Positions 1-16,282 of a stretch of 64,000 nucleotides of DNA are shown here, piece by piece (the first letter of the stretch is position 1; each line of letters opens with the position of its first letter). The notes under the pieces were generated by a model. That model was not told the origin of the DNA. It saw nothing but the letters and a program-made list of their open reading frames with translations, and did not search any database. The position numbers and the translations under genes were made by a program. The DNA lies in NCBI GenBank assembly GCA_964016885.1, contig OZ024749.1, forward strand, positions 45,570,001 to 45,634,000, written 5' to 3'. Source of the stretch: Eledone cirrhosa (Eukaryota).

Positions 1-1044
1 TCGATTGTCTGACGTTAACTCGGTGATTCAGTTAGATGTAATCAAGGAGAAATTTAAAGACAAAATTTCTCACACCTATTAGCATAAAAGTATCCAAGAG
101 ACTCTATTGTAAAGAAACCGTGTATTACATGTGTCGAGAGGAAATATAAAAAAAAATTAACGTACACGATTTTCAGAATTACCAAGTGCATGGAGCCAAA
201 AGGTAAAGGAAATACGTACATTTCAATAAGCAAAATGTTTATACATTCTGCTATATTTATATAAATGCTGTTATATCCAGACACACAGGCACGGACATAC
301 ACACATACAAATCACTTATATTCATATATACGTTTATTGGAAAAATGAAAACATGGTGTGCCCAGAATATTTTGTATCCCCAATAAAGAATTTGTTTTTA
401 TATAGGATATCAATTTGAAAATTGGTTAATCTGTGGGTGAGTAGTTCGAAGGTTCCGAGTAGATACCCAGATTCAAATCACAGTTTAGCTTGAATCTTAC
501 ACATATGTTTATAAACAAACTATGTTATGAACGCCAAAATGTACGTTGACAAAACACTTCCCAATTTTCAGTTGTTAAAACTAGTACCATAGTATTGTGT
601 TTATTGGGGGCACACGTATAATCATAAATATATGCTTTTACGTTCTTAATACTAAGGAAAGTTTGGTAAATATTTCAAACAGTAAACATTTCATCAATGC
701 AGCCACCGTTTACAATACTACATTAGAATTTATACCAACTTTTATTAGTCGCAATTACAGACATGTTAATAAAAAGGTATTTAAAATGTGTTAAAAGTGG
801 GCACTGTACATAGTCATGTTTTCAAAATAATATTGGAAAAATACTGTTCCTAATATACATATAGTAAAAGAGTGAAGAATAGCGTGGTCGGTAGTACAAT
901 AGGGTTTATTTAAAGTATTAATAATTGTTTCATTAGTCCAGTGCGTCTAAAAACGACTGATCGTTAGAAATCAGGTCACTCGATTTTAATTACAGTTGAC
1001 AACCGACCTCGACTTGGATTACCTTAAACGATATCTTGTTATTT

Positions 1045-1117
<73 letters not shown>

Positions 1118-1253
1118 ATTAGTTTTGCGAGGTTTTGAAATGAAATCGCGTGTCGAAACAAATGTTGGTATACTTGAAATAATAACAGAACCCACTCGCT
1201 GTGTATTCTGTTATTATTTCTGGCAATATTATTACAACAATATGACCCTCCCC

Positions 1254-1260
<7 letters not shown>
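1118..1260. mobile_element. Family D, diverged copy with hairpin
   Basis: GTGTCGAAACAAATGTTGGTATACTT and inverted ATGACCCTCCCCAGGTATA; perfect 15-bp hairpin 1176-1190 / 1206-1220. Confidence 0.55.
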
Positions 1261-1320
<60 letters not shown>

Positions 1321-2423
1321 TTTCTACACTATTCCTATTCCAACTATCTTAAAATGTTGTATCTTGTAACATGCTTATAACTTACGAGAGCACCAGTTTA
1401 AACTTCCGCAAGTTGCGACATTACTCACCATACAAAATATATGATGGACAATGTTATTCCAATTCTCAGACTTTTCTAATTTGTAATATGATTTATGAGG
1501 CTCCGAATTTCACTGTGTTTTCGTTTTCCTATGGGATAATAGGAATTATTATTAAAAGCCATGTGAATAATTGATCAACATATAAATCCTATAATATAGA
1601 GGGCATTCAAATCCACAATTAAGAACATTGAAATACTATAAGCTTTTGTATGTTAATATCCTGTCTTTTAGGATTCATCTTTCGTTTATTTTCCTATTTT
1701 CTTCTCACGAATGTCCAATGAACCTCCGAGAGACCTTGTATTAAAAATAACAATATATTCAATAAGAGGTGTTTTAACAACATGATAAACCTAACAACAT
1801 TATGTATAAATAATCAGTTATTACTAAATTAGTAATCGGTTCTAATTTTCTATTCAGTATACAATTCAGCCAATTATTTAATTGTTAAGTACTAAAGATA
1901 CACAAACAAATGTCTGTGAACACGAATGAACATAGCAGCTCTGAAAGTTAATAATCATACATCTAGTGATAGTAGCTTTATAAGGCACAGCATCTCTGCT
2001 TACGTTTCATGTTAAGAGTTGTGTTTACATGTGTGTTATAGTACGCATGTATTCGTCTCTAATTATTGATCTAATTTTAAGTTATACTATTAGGGCATGT
2101 GTGTTTATGAAGTAGTTTAAATGTGTCTACTAAATGAAGAACAGATTGGATAAATCTGATATGAAAATACAAAAACAATAACTAAATATATAACAAAACG
2201 GATGTTCAAGTTTTTTAAATTTCTTGGTCACACCTCTGCTAGATTTGTGCGGTATGTTTGCCTAAAACTACAACCCGAGCTACAGCAAATCACTAACTAC
2301 AGCAAATCACTAACAACAACATATATGTAGTATGTTTAGGTCAACATCCTTATCATTCTAGATGGCTATTCTTGTTCGAAACAGACAGAATAGTCGAATC
2401 AATGTTAATGGGAAGGTATATAT

Positions 2424-2469
<46 letters not shown>

Positions 2470-2600
2470 TGATGAATGAAATAATTATTTTGTTGTTTAT
2501 TACATAACTAATAAGTTCTGTAACCTACATAGGGCACTCTTTTTTCCTGAACCTTTCTGACGGAATTACTTCATTTATAAATAAATATATATATATATAT

Positions 2601-2661
<61 letters not shown>

Positions 2662-2673
2662 TCATGTAAGTGA

Positions 2674-2741
<68 letters not shown>

Positions 2742-2926
2742 CATAGTTATTTCGTTACTTTGGTATTGTGTGTTAGATTTTGCCTACCACGATGTTCAAT
2801 TTGTCAAGCTATTTAAACGTATGTTATTACTCTAAGGACCTACCTTGTCGAGTGCTTTGCTAACTCATTCATATCGTAGGTCGAATTCGCTTGCACACCG
2901 CCAAAGATTCGATTTTACTAAGCCTC

Positions 2927-2988
<62 letters not shown>

Positions 2989-3851
2989 CAACCGGCACTA
3001 ACAGGGAGACCTTGTGCTATTCCTCTCCTCTCCTTCTTATTATATATATATAAACATACATATTTATGTATACATACGTACGGCATGAATATCATCATAT
3101 TAACATAAAATAGTAAGAGCTAAAAAAGTTGAAACAAGAAATATACAACAAGGAACTACAACACCTCAAAGCACTGACTCACATACGTCTCTAGTTACAT
3201 TTACCTTGTACTAACCTTGACATGGGCAAGGATTCTACTGTGATGATAGATAGGAGAAACGTTTTTATGGAAGGTTACCTGTCCCTATCCTGTTTTGACA
3301 CGTTATTTGATTGACATATTTGTTGAAATTTACACAGCATGTTCACTCTTGAAAATATAAGGGTCACTGACTGTATGGTGAAGAACCCCACCGCTATCCT
3401 ATTAAACATGATAATGCGCTCTTCGTTCACCTTTTAATATATTTGATTCCTAAAATGCCGTCTATCTAACTGTATATATATATATATATATATATACTGA
3501 GAGATAGACAGTGAGAAAGGGAGAGCGAGAGAGAGAGCGAGTGATCTACTTACACATACAGAATATATATTTTATATGTGTGTGTTTCTGTGTGCAAACC
3601 AATGTACATATATATTATTTCATATATACGTATTTATTGATATGATTCTGTCTCTTCGCATGTCTGAGTGTGTGATTTCTTTTTTCTCTGTTATGTGAAA
3701 TCTGTACGCAGGAAATTGGATTCTAAAGATATCTCCGGAACTGATTTGATTGCTTACTGTTTATATCCATATTTTGCGTCCGTAATAAATACACTCACCC
3801 ATCCCAACACACACACACACCATACTGAATCGCATACTCACACACACACAC

Positions 3852-3884
<33 letters not shown>

Positions 3885-3916
3885 CTTTTATATATATATA
3901 TATATATAAACACACA

Positions 3917-4080
<164 letters not shown>

Positions 4081-6109
4081 CATATACACACACACATTAA
4101 TATATATATATATATGTATGTATGTACGTATGTATGTATATATAAACAATCATTGATAAAAAATATATGTTATAATGAAATGTAGATCAATCATAGCGAT
4201 ATACATGTTGTTTCTTTGGCTCACCTCATGGAATATTAAGTTAAACGTTTTTCCTGTGTTTCTTTATTTGCCCAGCTAAATATTAGCTGTGTAATTGTTT
4301 TTGAGGAATTTTCCAACGTTAATGACGACTTAAATATTGTTATATTTTTGTGCCTAGAGCTAACATATGAACCATTATGTAGACACTAGATCTGCCAAAT
4401 ATAACATTTTCATATTCTTTAATAAAGCACGCAAACTGTTAGTAACAGAGAATGAAACTTTAGACGACTTATGCTCCTGATAATGATGATGATGGATCCT
4501 CGTCAGTTTCGACGCTGATACTTCAGTTGTAATTCTGCATGACAAATACATCTTTCTTTGTAGATAAAACTAAACAGCGTGATTTGAGAATACGTTTAAC
4601 GGTTTTTTTTTGTTCATAGCAGTGCATTCTATCTTATTAGATAGAACATTTATGTATTTATCAGGCTCTCTAACTGTTGGTTCAAATTTCATTGAAGAGT
4701 TAGTGTTTGTAATTCGAAGGAGAATTCGGCTACAATATCTCGCATGTCGTGGAATCCAGGACTAATTCCCCAATTAAATCGTTATATGCAAATGCTTCAA
4801 CTCTTTTTTACTCTCCTTTCTTATTATTATCGTCGTTCCTATTTGGGGCATTGTTTTTTAGAAACAATTTAAAGGAGTAGATATAAATGACTATAATCTG
4901 AATCGTAATTATTGTACAAAAGATTAATATTATTTTACAAGTTATGAAAATGCTTCAATATTTATGAACAAAATGTAAAATATGATATTTTTGATAGATT
5001 GATAAGGTCAAAACATGCTTGTTCTTGTCACGGAACTGTCAAAATCATGCTTAAACTTTGGTGCATTCTATTTATAATTAAATGTATTTGAATGAAATAT
5101 CTTGATTGGTAACTACATATAGTTTGATTAATATAAATTTTGGCTTCAATTCTAGTTTGGTTCTAAGTATTAAGATATCGGTTACAGTTCCTGTTTTTAT
5201 GCTCTAAGCAAACCTTGCTCCACCGGTCGCATAATCAAGGCAAAAACGATATAATGTATATGATATTACATATTTCAAAGCTTTATTGCTGGAAGATTGG
5301 AAATTTGGTGGATATTCTAAGAAGGTTGAGCGTCCTTATACACACATGTAATCAACTATATCATGTAAATGTATGGAGTTTAGCTGAAAACACGTATATA
5401 TTTCGTTCATAATCTCTCTAACTGCTTACACAGTGGTATTTCGGATACTACCTCAACGTATTTATTGGAATGTCCAAGTAAATTCATATGGTCTTTGTAA
5501 AATATTTCATTAGCGAAACAATTCGGTTGACGTGACTTATTAACGTAGAATTTGCGACTTTCACACACATATGTATAAACAGTTAGTCGTGCAACAAAAA
5601 AGAGAACTAGTTATGTATTCGTATTACATAGGTGGGGCAAGCTAATTATATTTCCATGAACTGTTGACTTGGATATAAAATACATAGGTACATCAAGGTA
5701 TATACTTAGGGGATGAAATATTAGCTTCTTCACGAAGGAAGTAAATAATAGACAATTACATTATTCTGAAAAGAATGTATTGTGAATAACCGAAAGTAGT
5801 AGAACATGAGTAAATACGAGTAATGGTAGCCATATCAAATGATTAGAATAAAGGGGGTGTTAAAAGAATGATTACGTTAAAGAAAATCTTCAAAGAGGTT
5901 AACAAAAATAACTTGAATCTAAACAGTACATTCCAAAGGTATTGGAAAGTCATTGACAAATGTTTAGAACGAACAAGTCAACCTATGGTTTGCGGTTTTC
6001 CTGACTTCGTCACTGCTGAAAGACACGCACACTCAATCACACACTCTCTCTCTCTCTCTCCCTCTCTCTCTCTCTATATATATATAGATATTATATAAAT
6101 ATATATATA

Positions 6110-6230
<121 letters not shown>

Positions 6231-6284
6231 CGACAGAGAGAGAGTGTGTGTTCGTTTGTGCGTGTGCGTCTCTGATTATATATA

Positions 6285-6361
<77 letters not shown>

Positions 6362-7013
6362 ATGTATGGGGGGTATGTGTGTGTGTGTGTGTGAGTATGT
6401 GTGTATTTATGTGTATGTGTGTAACTATGTATCTATTTGTGAACGTATGTACATACACAGAGGCCAGTGTTGCTAATTAGTAAACTATTTATTGTGAATA
6501 TAATTCGATCCAGCTATGGAGAATAATACAGGTAACATATTGGTAGCATTTAGCAAGTATATTTCGGAGCCAGGTGCGAAACAATTAATTATCGCCTATG
6601 TAAATGTGTCCTACAACATAATTTCGTTGACACGCACACATATACATAAATTGTCATTCTCACATACAAATATACGTATATTCATCCATGTACTGAACTG
6701 AAATAAATATACATACACATATATACAGATATGCAGATACATCCACTCAAAAATAAGAATTTCTCGCAACTACAACCGTTTTCACAGCAACAGACACATG
6801 CACATAAAGCCCTCTCAAACAAGTGCGTAAACACTCCATAAATATGCATAAAGACAAATATTAAATGGTACTTGTTCATGTTTACTTGTCGATGAGTTTC
6901 CTACGCAAAGCTGGGTAATATATCTCACAAATTTAACCCGATCATCATTGGTGTTATGTATTGTGTTGAACATTAACGGAATAAACTATTTTGTTAGAAC
7001 TATTTGCCTAATA

Positions 7014-7119
7014 AATTGTTTCTACTTTTGACACAAGACCAGCAATTATCCCAGTGCATTACTAGTACTTTATTATATCGTCCCCGTAACGCTGAAAGTT
7101 AAAGTTAACCTTGGGGGAA
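7014..7119 (-). mobile_element. tRNA-derived SINE family A, 5'-truncated
   Basis: Matches the 3' half of other copies; perfect 12-bp TSD ATTTGCCTAATA (7002-13 / 7120-31). Confidence 0.85.
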
Positions 7120-7294
7120 ATTTGCCTAATATATCCCCGAAACAATTTAGATAAATATGGAGATAAAATAATTCAATACACTGACAGTAGAAGGGAAAAT
7201 GAATGAAGAATCAGTACTACGTGTACTATATTTAGGATATGTAGGCAACATGTTTGAACATTTCACAACGTCGTGAACATTATATATTTCAAAA

Positions 7295-7484
7295 GGGCGG
7301 TGGATTGGCAGTATCGGTGGAGGGTCGGACTACATGCTTTCCAGCATAGAGTTATATACCTTTACAGTCTGAGTTCAAATCCCGACGAGGTTAACTTTAT
7401 CTTTCATTCTTACGGGGTCGATAAAATAAAGTACCAGTAATGCACTGGATAATTCCCGGCCTTCTGCCAAATGTAGAAACAACG
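7295..7484 (+). mobile_element. tRNA-derived SINE family A, full length
   Basis: GGGCGGTGGATTGGCAGTATCGG head, B-box-like GAGTTCAAATCC, tail GGGGTCGATAAAATAAAGTACCAG...GTAGAAACAA; TSD ATAyATTTCAAA (7282-93 / 7485-96). Confidence 0.9.
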
Positions 7485-8152
7485 ATACATTTCAAATGTC
7501 TCGCACAATACACAGTCTTCAATTCATCAACGAAAAACGCCTACGTCCGTAACGTTGTGTTGACCTTTTTGTCCTGTGTGTAAATACATTTATTTCAACT
7601 AACACATTTCTGTTATGTAGTGTAATAAAGTATGCACAAGCCATATATGTAGTACATTAATGTTTCTAGACATGTCTCACATTTCTGCTAATCATATTTA
7701 ATATATAATTTAGATTCAATTTAAACATAATCATATGAATTTGGTGTTTAAAAAGAGCTCTTTAAACTTTTACACGTATCATTATCATTACATTTTAAAT
7801 CCTCCTTTTAATTGGATATGTATTATTTGTTGCGTGGTTGAATTGATGCAATTCATGAATTATATCTCATTTTAAGAGTAGGCATTTTATATCGTACGTA
7901 AATTCTAAATATTAATCGCTTTTAATCGCATTATGTATCGCTCTGTGTATCATAAACTCGATCTAACACTAGCAATGCATCTTGTTATTTATTAAAGGGT
8001 ATCGCATTACTAATATTTACATATACATGCATTTGTTTAAATAAAAAATAAAATATTGAACGAATACAGTTACATTCTGACAAACAACATTTAACAAAAC
8101 CATATAGCGTTTTCATAACTACATGTAAGTTCCAGAGTTATGTGTTTTGTAA

Positions 8153-8320
8153 AGCGGCGAATCGGCAGAGTCGTTAGACCGTCGGATAGAGTGCGTCATG
8201 GAATGCATTCCGACTCTCTGAACTACTGAGTTCATATCCTGCCGAGGTTAAATTTTTTTTTCTTTTGAATATATTTTTGATGTCAATAAAAAAAGTAACA
8301 GTCTAAGTACTGCGGTCGAT
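8153..8320 (+). mobile_element. Diverged tRNA-derived SINE (family A relative)
   Basis: GCGGCGAATCGGCAGAGTCGTTAG ... CTGAGTTCATATCCTGCCGAGGTTAA ... GTACTGCGGTCGAT. Confidence 0.7.
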
Positions 8321-8349
8321 TCTACCTCTATATCTCTTTCTCATTTCCT

Positions 8350-8515
8350 CTTTCTCAATTTCTATATTTGTCTGGATGAAACCTGCTGTACTCAGGCCTA
8401 GAGAGGAATCGGCTCCACCAGGCTTAAAATGCCCAAGAAACGCCGTATGTTTATAGACCGGCCCTACGACTCTATCAGAATTTACGGAACCATACAAACA
8501 TACATATAACATACA
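8350..8515 (+). mobile_element. Probable LINE/SINE 3' end with (ACAT)n-like tail
   Basis: GC-richer block ending GACTCTATCAGAATTTACGGAACC followed by ATACAAACATACATA. Confidence 0.4.
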
Positions 8516-8977
8516 TATGAATGATAAATATAGAACTATCATTACAAATATTGTTTACTGATATATTTAGTAACAGCTACAGACCGACATTCTAGCTTCT
8601 GGTTGATGGTCGTCCTATTCTATCCCTCTCTCTACTACTGCTACAATGCTGACTTCTTTTCCGGGAACTAACTGGTCTTATAGTATTTGTGTATAGGCTG
8701 TATCATTTCGCCGTAATCGTAGTATACATATTGTGTGCCTTCCCACCTGCACCAGGAACAGCACCACCACCACAACCACCACCAAAACAACAGCCTAGTA
8801 TTAATTACACCCAATTTTCACTGCGAAGTACCTCTTTCCTTTTATATTTCTTAGAGAAATTGACTTGCAAGAGATTACAGGGGAAAAGTATTCACTCCGA
8901 TCTCACCAATAATAACGTTTTTTTAAAAAAGTAATTAACTCCTATCCTTCAAACACACACGCACGCGCACACGCGCG

Positions 8978-9013
<36 letters not shown>

Positions 9014-9099
9014 TATATATATATACATATGAAGTATATATACATATGAAGTATATATACATATGAAGTATATATATATATGTATGTATACCCCCCCCC

Positions 9100-9153
<54 letters not shown>

Positions 9154-9851
9154 TTTTTGTTACGCATTACAATTTTTTTTATATGGAAGCTAAAATTTCA
9201 CAAGGATATAGGATGTTTTTTTAAATTTATTTCATGATTTATTTTTTTATTTATTACGATTTCTAATAGTTGGCTATGGTCTAAACTGACCCGAAATACA
9301 ATGTTCGCTGTGATTTACGTCTATGCGTGATGTGAACTATTTACAAAATATCAATAGTATTGTAATGGCTCATTCACATAAGGTAAAAATACAACAAAAC
9401 AAGACAATACAATCAACACACCAACAATCATAATTGGATCAGTATACCTTTATAAATTTATCAACAATAACAATAACTACACTGAAACACTGAAAACAAC
9501 AGGTGTATGAAAAAGACAAAAATTGAAATAATATATAAACAGCGTATGTCTACTTAAAACTAAAGACTACTTCTAGTTGGTTCGGCGTGGGTTCTTTGAG
9601 TGGATCGAAATGTGAAATAACAACATTGGTATTGTTAAATATATTATTGTTGGTTAAATTAAGTTTAGTCATGATGGAACCGATCAAAGGCATTCCAATC
9701 GTGACCAATCCATTATTTTCTATTTTTAGATATACTATATCAAGCATGACATTATCTCATTCTTCCTTCCTTCTCTATTTAAACTAGGATAGAATGCTTT
9801 AAAGGACAATTTGCTGCTAATTGTAGAATGTCATTCTATTTGCATGCATGA

Positions 9852-10021
9852 GAGCGGTGGATTGGCAATATCGGTAGAGTGTCAGACGCCATGCTTTGGA
9901 GCATAGAGTTATGGCCCTTTCTGATCTGAATTTAAATCCCGCCGGGGTTAACTTTGCCTTTCATGCACTGGGGTCGATTTAATCGAATTTTCCCTCACCA
10001 AAATTGCTGGCATTGTGAAAC
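9852..10021 (+). mobile_element. tRNA-derived SINE family A
   Basis: Family A head and body; 20-bp TSD CATTCTATTTGCmTGCATGA (9832-51 / 10022-41). Confidence 0.9.
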
Positions 10022-10412
10022 CATTCTATTTGCCTGCATGATCCATCGTTGGCTTTGCATTAAGTTGCTGATGTGGTGGTTTTATTGTTCGTCTTATTGT
10101 TGTTAATGGTTTTGTTGGGGGGGGGGGGGATGTTAGTCTTCGAGGTGGTGTAGATGTTGCTAATAATGTTGATGATAGTTTGGAACGAACTGAATCATAC
10201 TATCCGGCGCTAATCTCAGATTAATCAACAAGAACAACAGCAACAATATACGTATAATCCTCATGAGAAAGATGTGTATGACGAATTGTTTCGATTCTAA
10301 GCAGAATTTTATGAAGTTGTAAAAAAGGTAAAGTTGACCTCGGTGAATTTTGATCTCGGTCAATAAAAAGCCACATGACATACTAATAAATCACAACCTT
10401 TGTAATATGACT

Positions 10413-10631
10413 AATAATTGTTTCTACTTCTGGCACAAGGCCAGCAATCTCAAAGGAGAGGAAAAGTTGTTTAAATCGACTCAATTATGTTACTGGTGAT
10501 TTTATTGACCCGTAAGGATGAAATGCAAAATGTTCGTCGATGGTATTTGAACTCAGAATGTAAAGGCCGTAACTCTATGCAGCGGCGAAGCTTGTTGCCT
10601 GACGCTCTACCCACACTGCCAATCCATGACC
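10413..10631 (-). mobile_element. tRNA-derived SINE family A (longer tail variant)
   Basis: AATTGTTTCTACTTCTGGCACAAGGCCAGCAA ... ATTTGAACTCAGAA ... ACTGCCAATCCA. Confidence 0.85.
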
Positions 10632-10902
10632 ACTGACAATACTAAAGGATTCCGTTTTATAGTAGCCCGTTATGTGATCAATGAAATGATGTTGTAATGG
10701 GAGAAATCATTGATAACTATTTAACAATTAAGTTCTCGTAATTTAATATTTTATTTCACATATCAAGCACCTGAAATCGAAATATTTCCTGTCTTATTTA
10801 TACTGCATTTTATCATGATTCCACATTTTTTTTATTGTGGAATTTTACAGAAGAAGTTAGTATAAATATTTCTATCTATTTTTTTTCTGGGTTTATATTA
10901 TA

Positions 10903-11512
10903 CTAGCAGTAAAGCCCGGCGTTGCTCGGGGTCGCTCAGTAGCTGTGTTAAAGTTACAATGTTAAGTTTCTTTTTTGGCTTAAAAACTGTAGTGTCTACT
11001 GTGCAGACGTGCATGTGGTGTTTTTGATTAATATTCCCTCAACCAACAATATGCCTTATGAAGTTAAGAAAACATAACGATAACCCGAATGTTATAACAA
11101 AAGAGGTTGCTGGGGATAAAAACTGCACTGGTTATTTATTAACAAAGATCGAAAATGTAAACACTGCAACGCAGAGAAAAACATTAGCGTAAGCAAATTA
11201 TCAGTTACTAGCAGTAAAGCCCGGCGTTGTTCGGGGTCGCTCAGTAGCTGTGTTAAAGTTACAATGTTAAGTTTGTTTCTTGGCTTAAAAACTGTAGTGT
11301 CTACTGTGCAGACTTGTATGTGGTGTTTTTGATTAATATTCCCTCAACCAACAATATGCCTTATGAAGTTAAGAAAACATAACGATAACCCGAATGTTAT
11401 AACAAAAGAGGATGCTGGGGATAGAAACTGCACTGGTTATTTATTAACAAAGATCGAAAATGTAAACACTGCAACGCAGAGAAAAACATTAGCGTAACCA
11501 AATTATCAGTTA
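10903..11512. repeat. 305-bp tandem duplication inside the Helitron
   Basis: 10903-11207 and 11208-11512 are near-identical; both begin CTAGCAGTAAAGCCCGGCGTTG. Confidence 0.95.
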
Positions 11513-11657
11513 TGTCTGTCTGCACGCCTATATCACCTCTCTGCACGACTGTCTGTCTGCACGCCTATATCACCTCTCTGCACGACTGTCTGTCTGCACG
11601 CGTATATCACCTCTCTGCACGACTGTCTGTCTGCACGACTGTCTGTCTGCACGCCTA
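11513..11657. repeat. 37-bp minisatellite inside the Helitron
   Basis: TGTCTGTCTGCACGCCTATATCACCTCTCTGCACGAC x3 plus two partial units. Confidence 0.95.
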
Positions 11658-12250
11658 ACGACGAAATATTTGCTTGTTTTACGTAGTCTTTAAATAGACT
11701 TGTTTTCAAGTAAAAATATTGTTTTAAAATGCTTTTAAATGGAAATGAAGCAAAACGGAAGCTTAGTGTTCGAACTGATGAATTTTGCAGGTCAATATTT
11801 TGCTGGCTCGACAACTGTCTGTTCGTGTATTGTGTTAATGTCATTTTAAACGCTGAGAAAGCCAGCGTAATTTTTTACGTAAGACGCTCAATGTAAACAG
11901 AACAAAGGGAAATAACTGATAACTTACGCTCAAAAATCGATACATTATATTCGATTTCGTCACATAGGGTGGGTCAATTTGAAATATTTTTTTTCCGATG
12001 TCTTCACTAGGGCTCAATGTACAAGTATAGCAATTTCGGTGCAATTCCGTGAGAGATTCTAAGAGGAGATGTGTGCCAAAAATCGATAGACAGACAGACA
12101 ACCACAGTTTTATATATATAGATTACGTTGCAGTAGCTCCTTGTAATCGCATAGTCAACAGACAAAAGTCAAGCTGCTTAATACAAGATGCAACAATAAT
12201 ATTCCATTACTGTGACTTCATTTGGTGGTTCATTCCTATAAGCAGGGCAA

Positions 12251-12554
<304 letters not shown>

Positions 12555-12577
12555 ATATATATATATATATATATTAA

Positions 12578-12686
<109 letters not shown>

Positions 12687-12822
12687 CTCTCTCTCTCTCT
12701 CTATTTATATATATATATATATATATACATACATACGTGTGTATGTGTTTGAGTATGTGTATGTTAGTATGCATGATTACAAACATACATATATATATAT
12801 GTGTGTGCGTGTATATATATAT

Positions 12823-12945
<123 letters not shown>

Positions 12946-13272
12946 GGTGTGTATGCACTTACAGTTACATATATATATTAATACATATACACACGTGGCA
13001 TATACATTTGCTGTCACTGTATATTTCAATTTCCTCCTGCACCATCGGTAGCAATATAATATATCAGTACATACAACAGCAATATTCATTATATGGTTAC
13101 AGTGCTCGCTTATATTGTCGGATCAAGATGCCACGGCTGATATTTGATTAGAAATAGCAATCACGTCAGGACTAGCTTTAATTTTGGTTTCCAATGGAGA
13201 TTAATTACTATCACTGGTCACATTATTAGATTATTAGATTATTGCGCTCTTCATGATTTAGACCTAATACTG

Positions 13273-13374
<102 letters not shown>

Positions 13375-13376
13375 TG

Positions 13377-13416
<40 letters not shown>

Positions 13417-13462
13417 CATATATTTATATATATATATATGTGTATATATGTGTATATCTATG

Positions 13463-13499
<37 letters not shown>

Positions 13500-13626
13500 G
13501 TAAATATATACATATATATATGTATTTATATATATATATGTATATATGTATAGATATATTCATATGCAACCACATACACACACACACACTCACTCTCTTT
13601 CTCTCTCTCTCTCACACACACACATA

Positions 13627-13737
<111 letters not shown>

Positions 13738-14773
13738 ATGAATGTATCATTGATTCCCCTGCTCTTAATGCGAAAGTCAATTGTGTACCGGATATCACAC
13801 TGAGAGGTGAACAGTTCACTATGTTCTGTCCGTAGCCATTAAATATTTAATACTGTGTGGTTAAATCTAGGTATCAGTGCGTAGTTTCCCTCACGTTAGA
13901 TACATTACTGTATCTAGATGTTCACATTAACTTGTACCCCTCACTTTTCCTCTCATTTGTACCCCTACTTTTCCTCTCATATCTATAAATATTACCAGCT
14001 ATAAATGCAGGTTTATTAACTTACATATTATATCATAACATTGTTTTTTTGTTCTAATGTGTAACTCCCTTTTTTTATTCGAAATATATTATCGTATTTT
14101 AATGTACCATTAGTAGTGTATCTCAATAATGATACTAGGGAGCAGTTATCCTTTATTACATTCCTCTCAGATGTCAAATGATATGATAGTTTATCATATG
14201 CTGTATACAATCACTGTCATCATATGTGCAATAAATTGTGTTATCACCAATACAACGATGCCAACTGTTGATTGACATGACTGGTCTTGTGATAAAACTC
14301 AAAGTAAAGCTGCTTTTGGTTACACAAGAGATACATCAATGCATATCTTGACAAGTCATCAGTATTATATTTACACGTGTTGATGCATATGTAAGCTACT
14401 GAGTCATGTGTGTCAAAATCATATGATAAAACAATATCGATATTATTGTATGTACATTACTAAAAAAAATAACATATATGCATTCATAGACACACCGAAT
14501 AATTAAACACGTTATATTAGCTGTATTTCTAAGTATTCTGAGCCATTCAATATAACATTATTCAAATGATTATATCCAGCCGATATTTCACATGCAAGAA
14601 ATAAATGTATGGTTTAAGCATGTTTTGTCAATGTATATGCAAGTGTCACCTATACAACACAGAAACACGTGGAAAAGCAGGACTAGGGAGAAAAATAATG
14701 TAATGGAGTGAAATTATGAGAGAGAGATAGATAGGTAGATAGATAGAAAAGAAAATATATATACATACATACG

Positions 14774-15196
<423 letters not shown>

Positions 15197-15288
15197 AGAA
15201 AGTGAATGAAATATAGCCATACACAGATACGTGTGCATTAAGATAAAGCAAAACTTAAACTAGAGACAATCCTTTACATTGAATGTAA

Positions 15289-15332
<44 letters not shown>

Positions 15333-15417
15333 TATATATATATATATATATCCAGACGGAACATGAATCGTTAAGATCTCATTCCTGCGTATGTCACTAA
15401 TTATAAAACAAACTTTG

Positions 15418-15477
15418 TATTTTATCTGATGAGAGCGTACCAAATTTTGGTACCCGTGAAATATATATAATAGAATA
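15418..15477 (+). ncRNA. Minimal type-I hammerhead ribozyme (canonical core)
   Basis: Stem I TATTTTAT(15418-25)/ATAGAATA(15470-77); core CTGATGA 15426-32; stem II GTACCAA-att-TTGGTAC with partly decayed base; GAAA 15458-61; palindromic stem III ATATATAT; predicted cleavage after A15469; AATAAA overlaps the 3' arm; lies in an island between (TA)n tracts. Confidence 0.8.
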
Positions 15478-15605
15478 AATGTGGTTTTATAAATATAGTT
15501 TCCATTTATTAATACCCTTGATATTATACTCCAGTAAACTTGTCGAGTGCTTCGAATCTGTTATAAATATATTTGTTGAATTACCAACAAATTAAATATC
15601 CCATT

Positions 15606-16282
<677 letters not shown>

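Larger units (their letters stand above)
10903..12122 (-). mobile_element. Non-autonomous Helitron with duplicated 3' terminus
   Basis: Minus strand starts TCTATATATATAAAA (12122) and ends CCCGAGCAACGCCGGG hairpin + CTTTACTG-CTAG (10903); flanked A|T; (GACA)n near the 5' end. Confidence 0.85.

Noticed and set aside
2469-2489. CTGATGA-AT-GAA-ATAATTAT-T, hammerhead-like
   Set aside because: Only 2 nt for stem II and no stem I pairing; at best a collapsed relic.
5868-6010. Mariner transposase C-terminus-like peptide (FQRYWKVIDKCLE)
   Set aside because: Too short and no supporting upstream motifs.
10280-10320. Minus-strand TTCATAA-hairpin-GAAACAATTCGTC
   Set aside because: No stem I complementarity and the core is non-canonical.
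11513-11657. CRISPR-like array (37-bp repeats)
   Set aside because: Units are contiguous without unique spacers, there are no cas genes, and the context is a eukaryotic Helitron.
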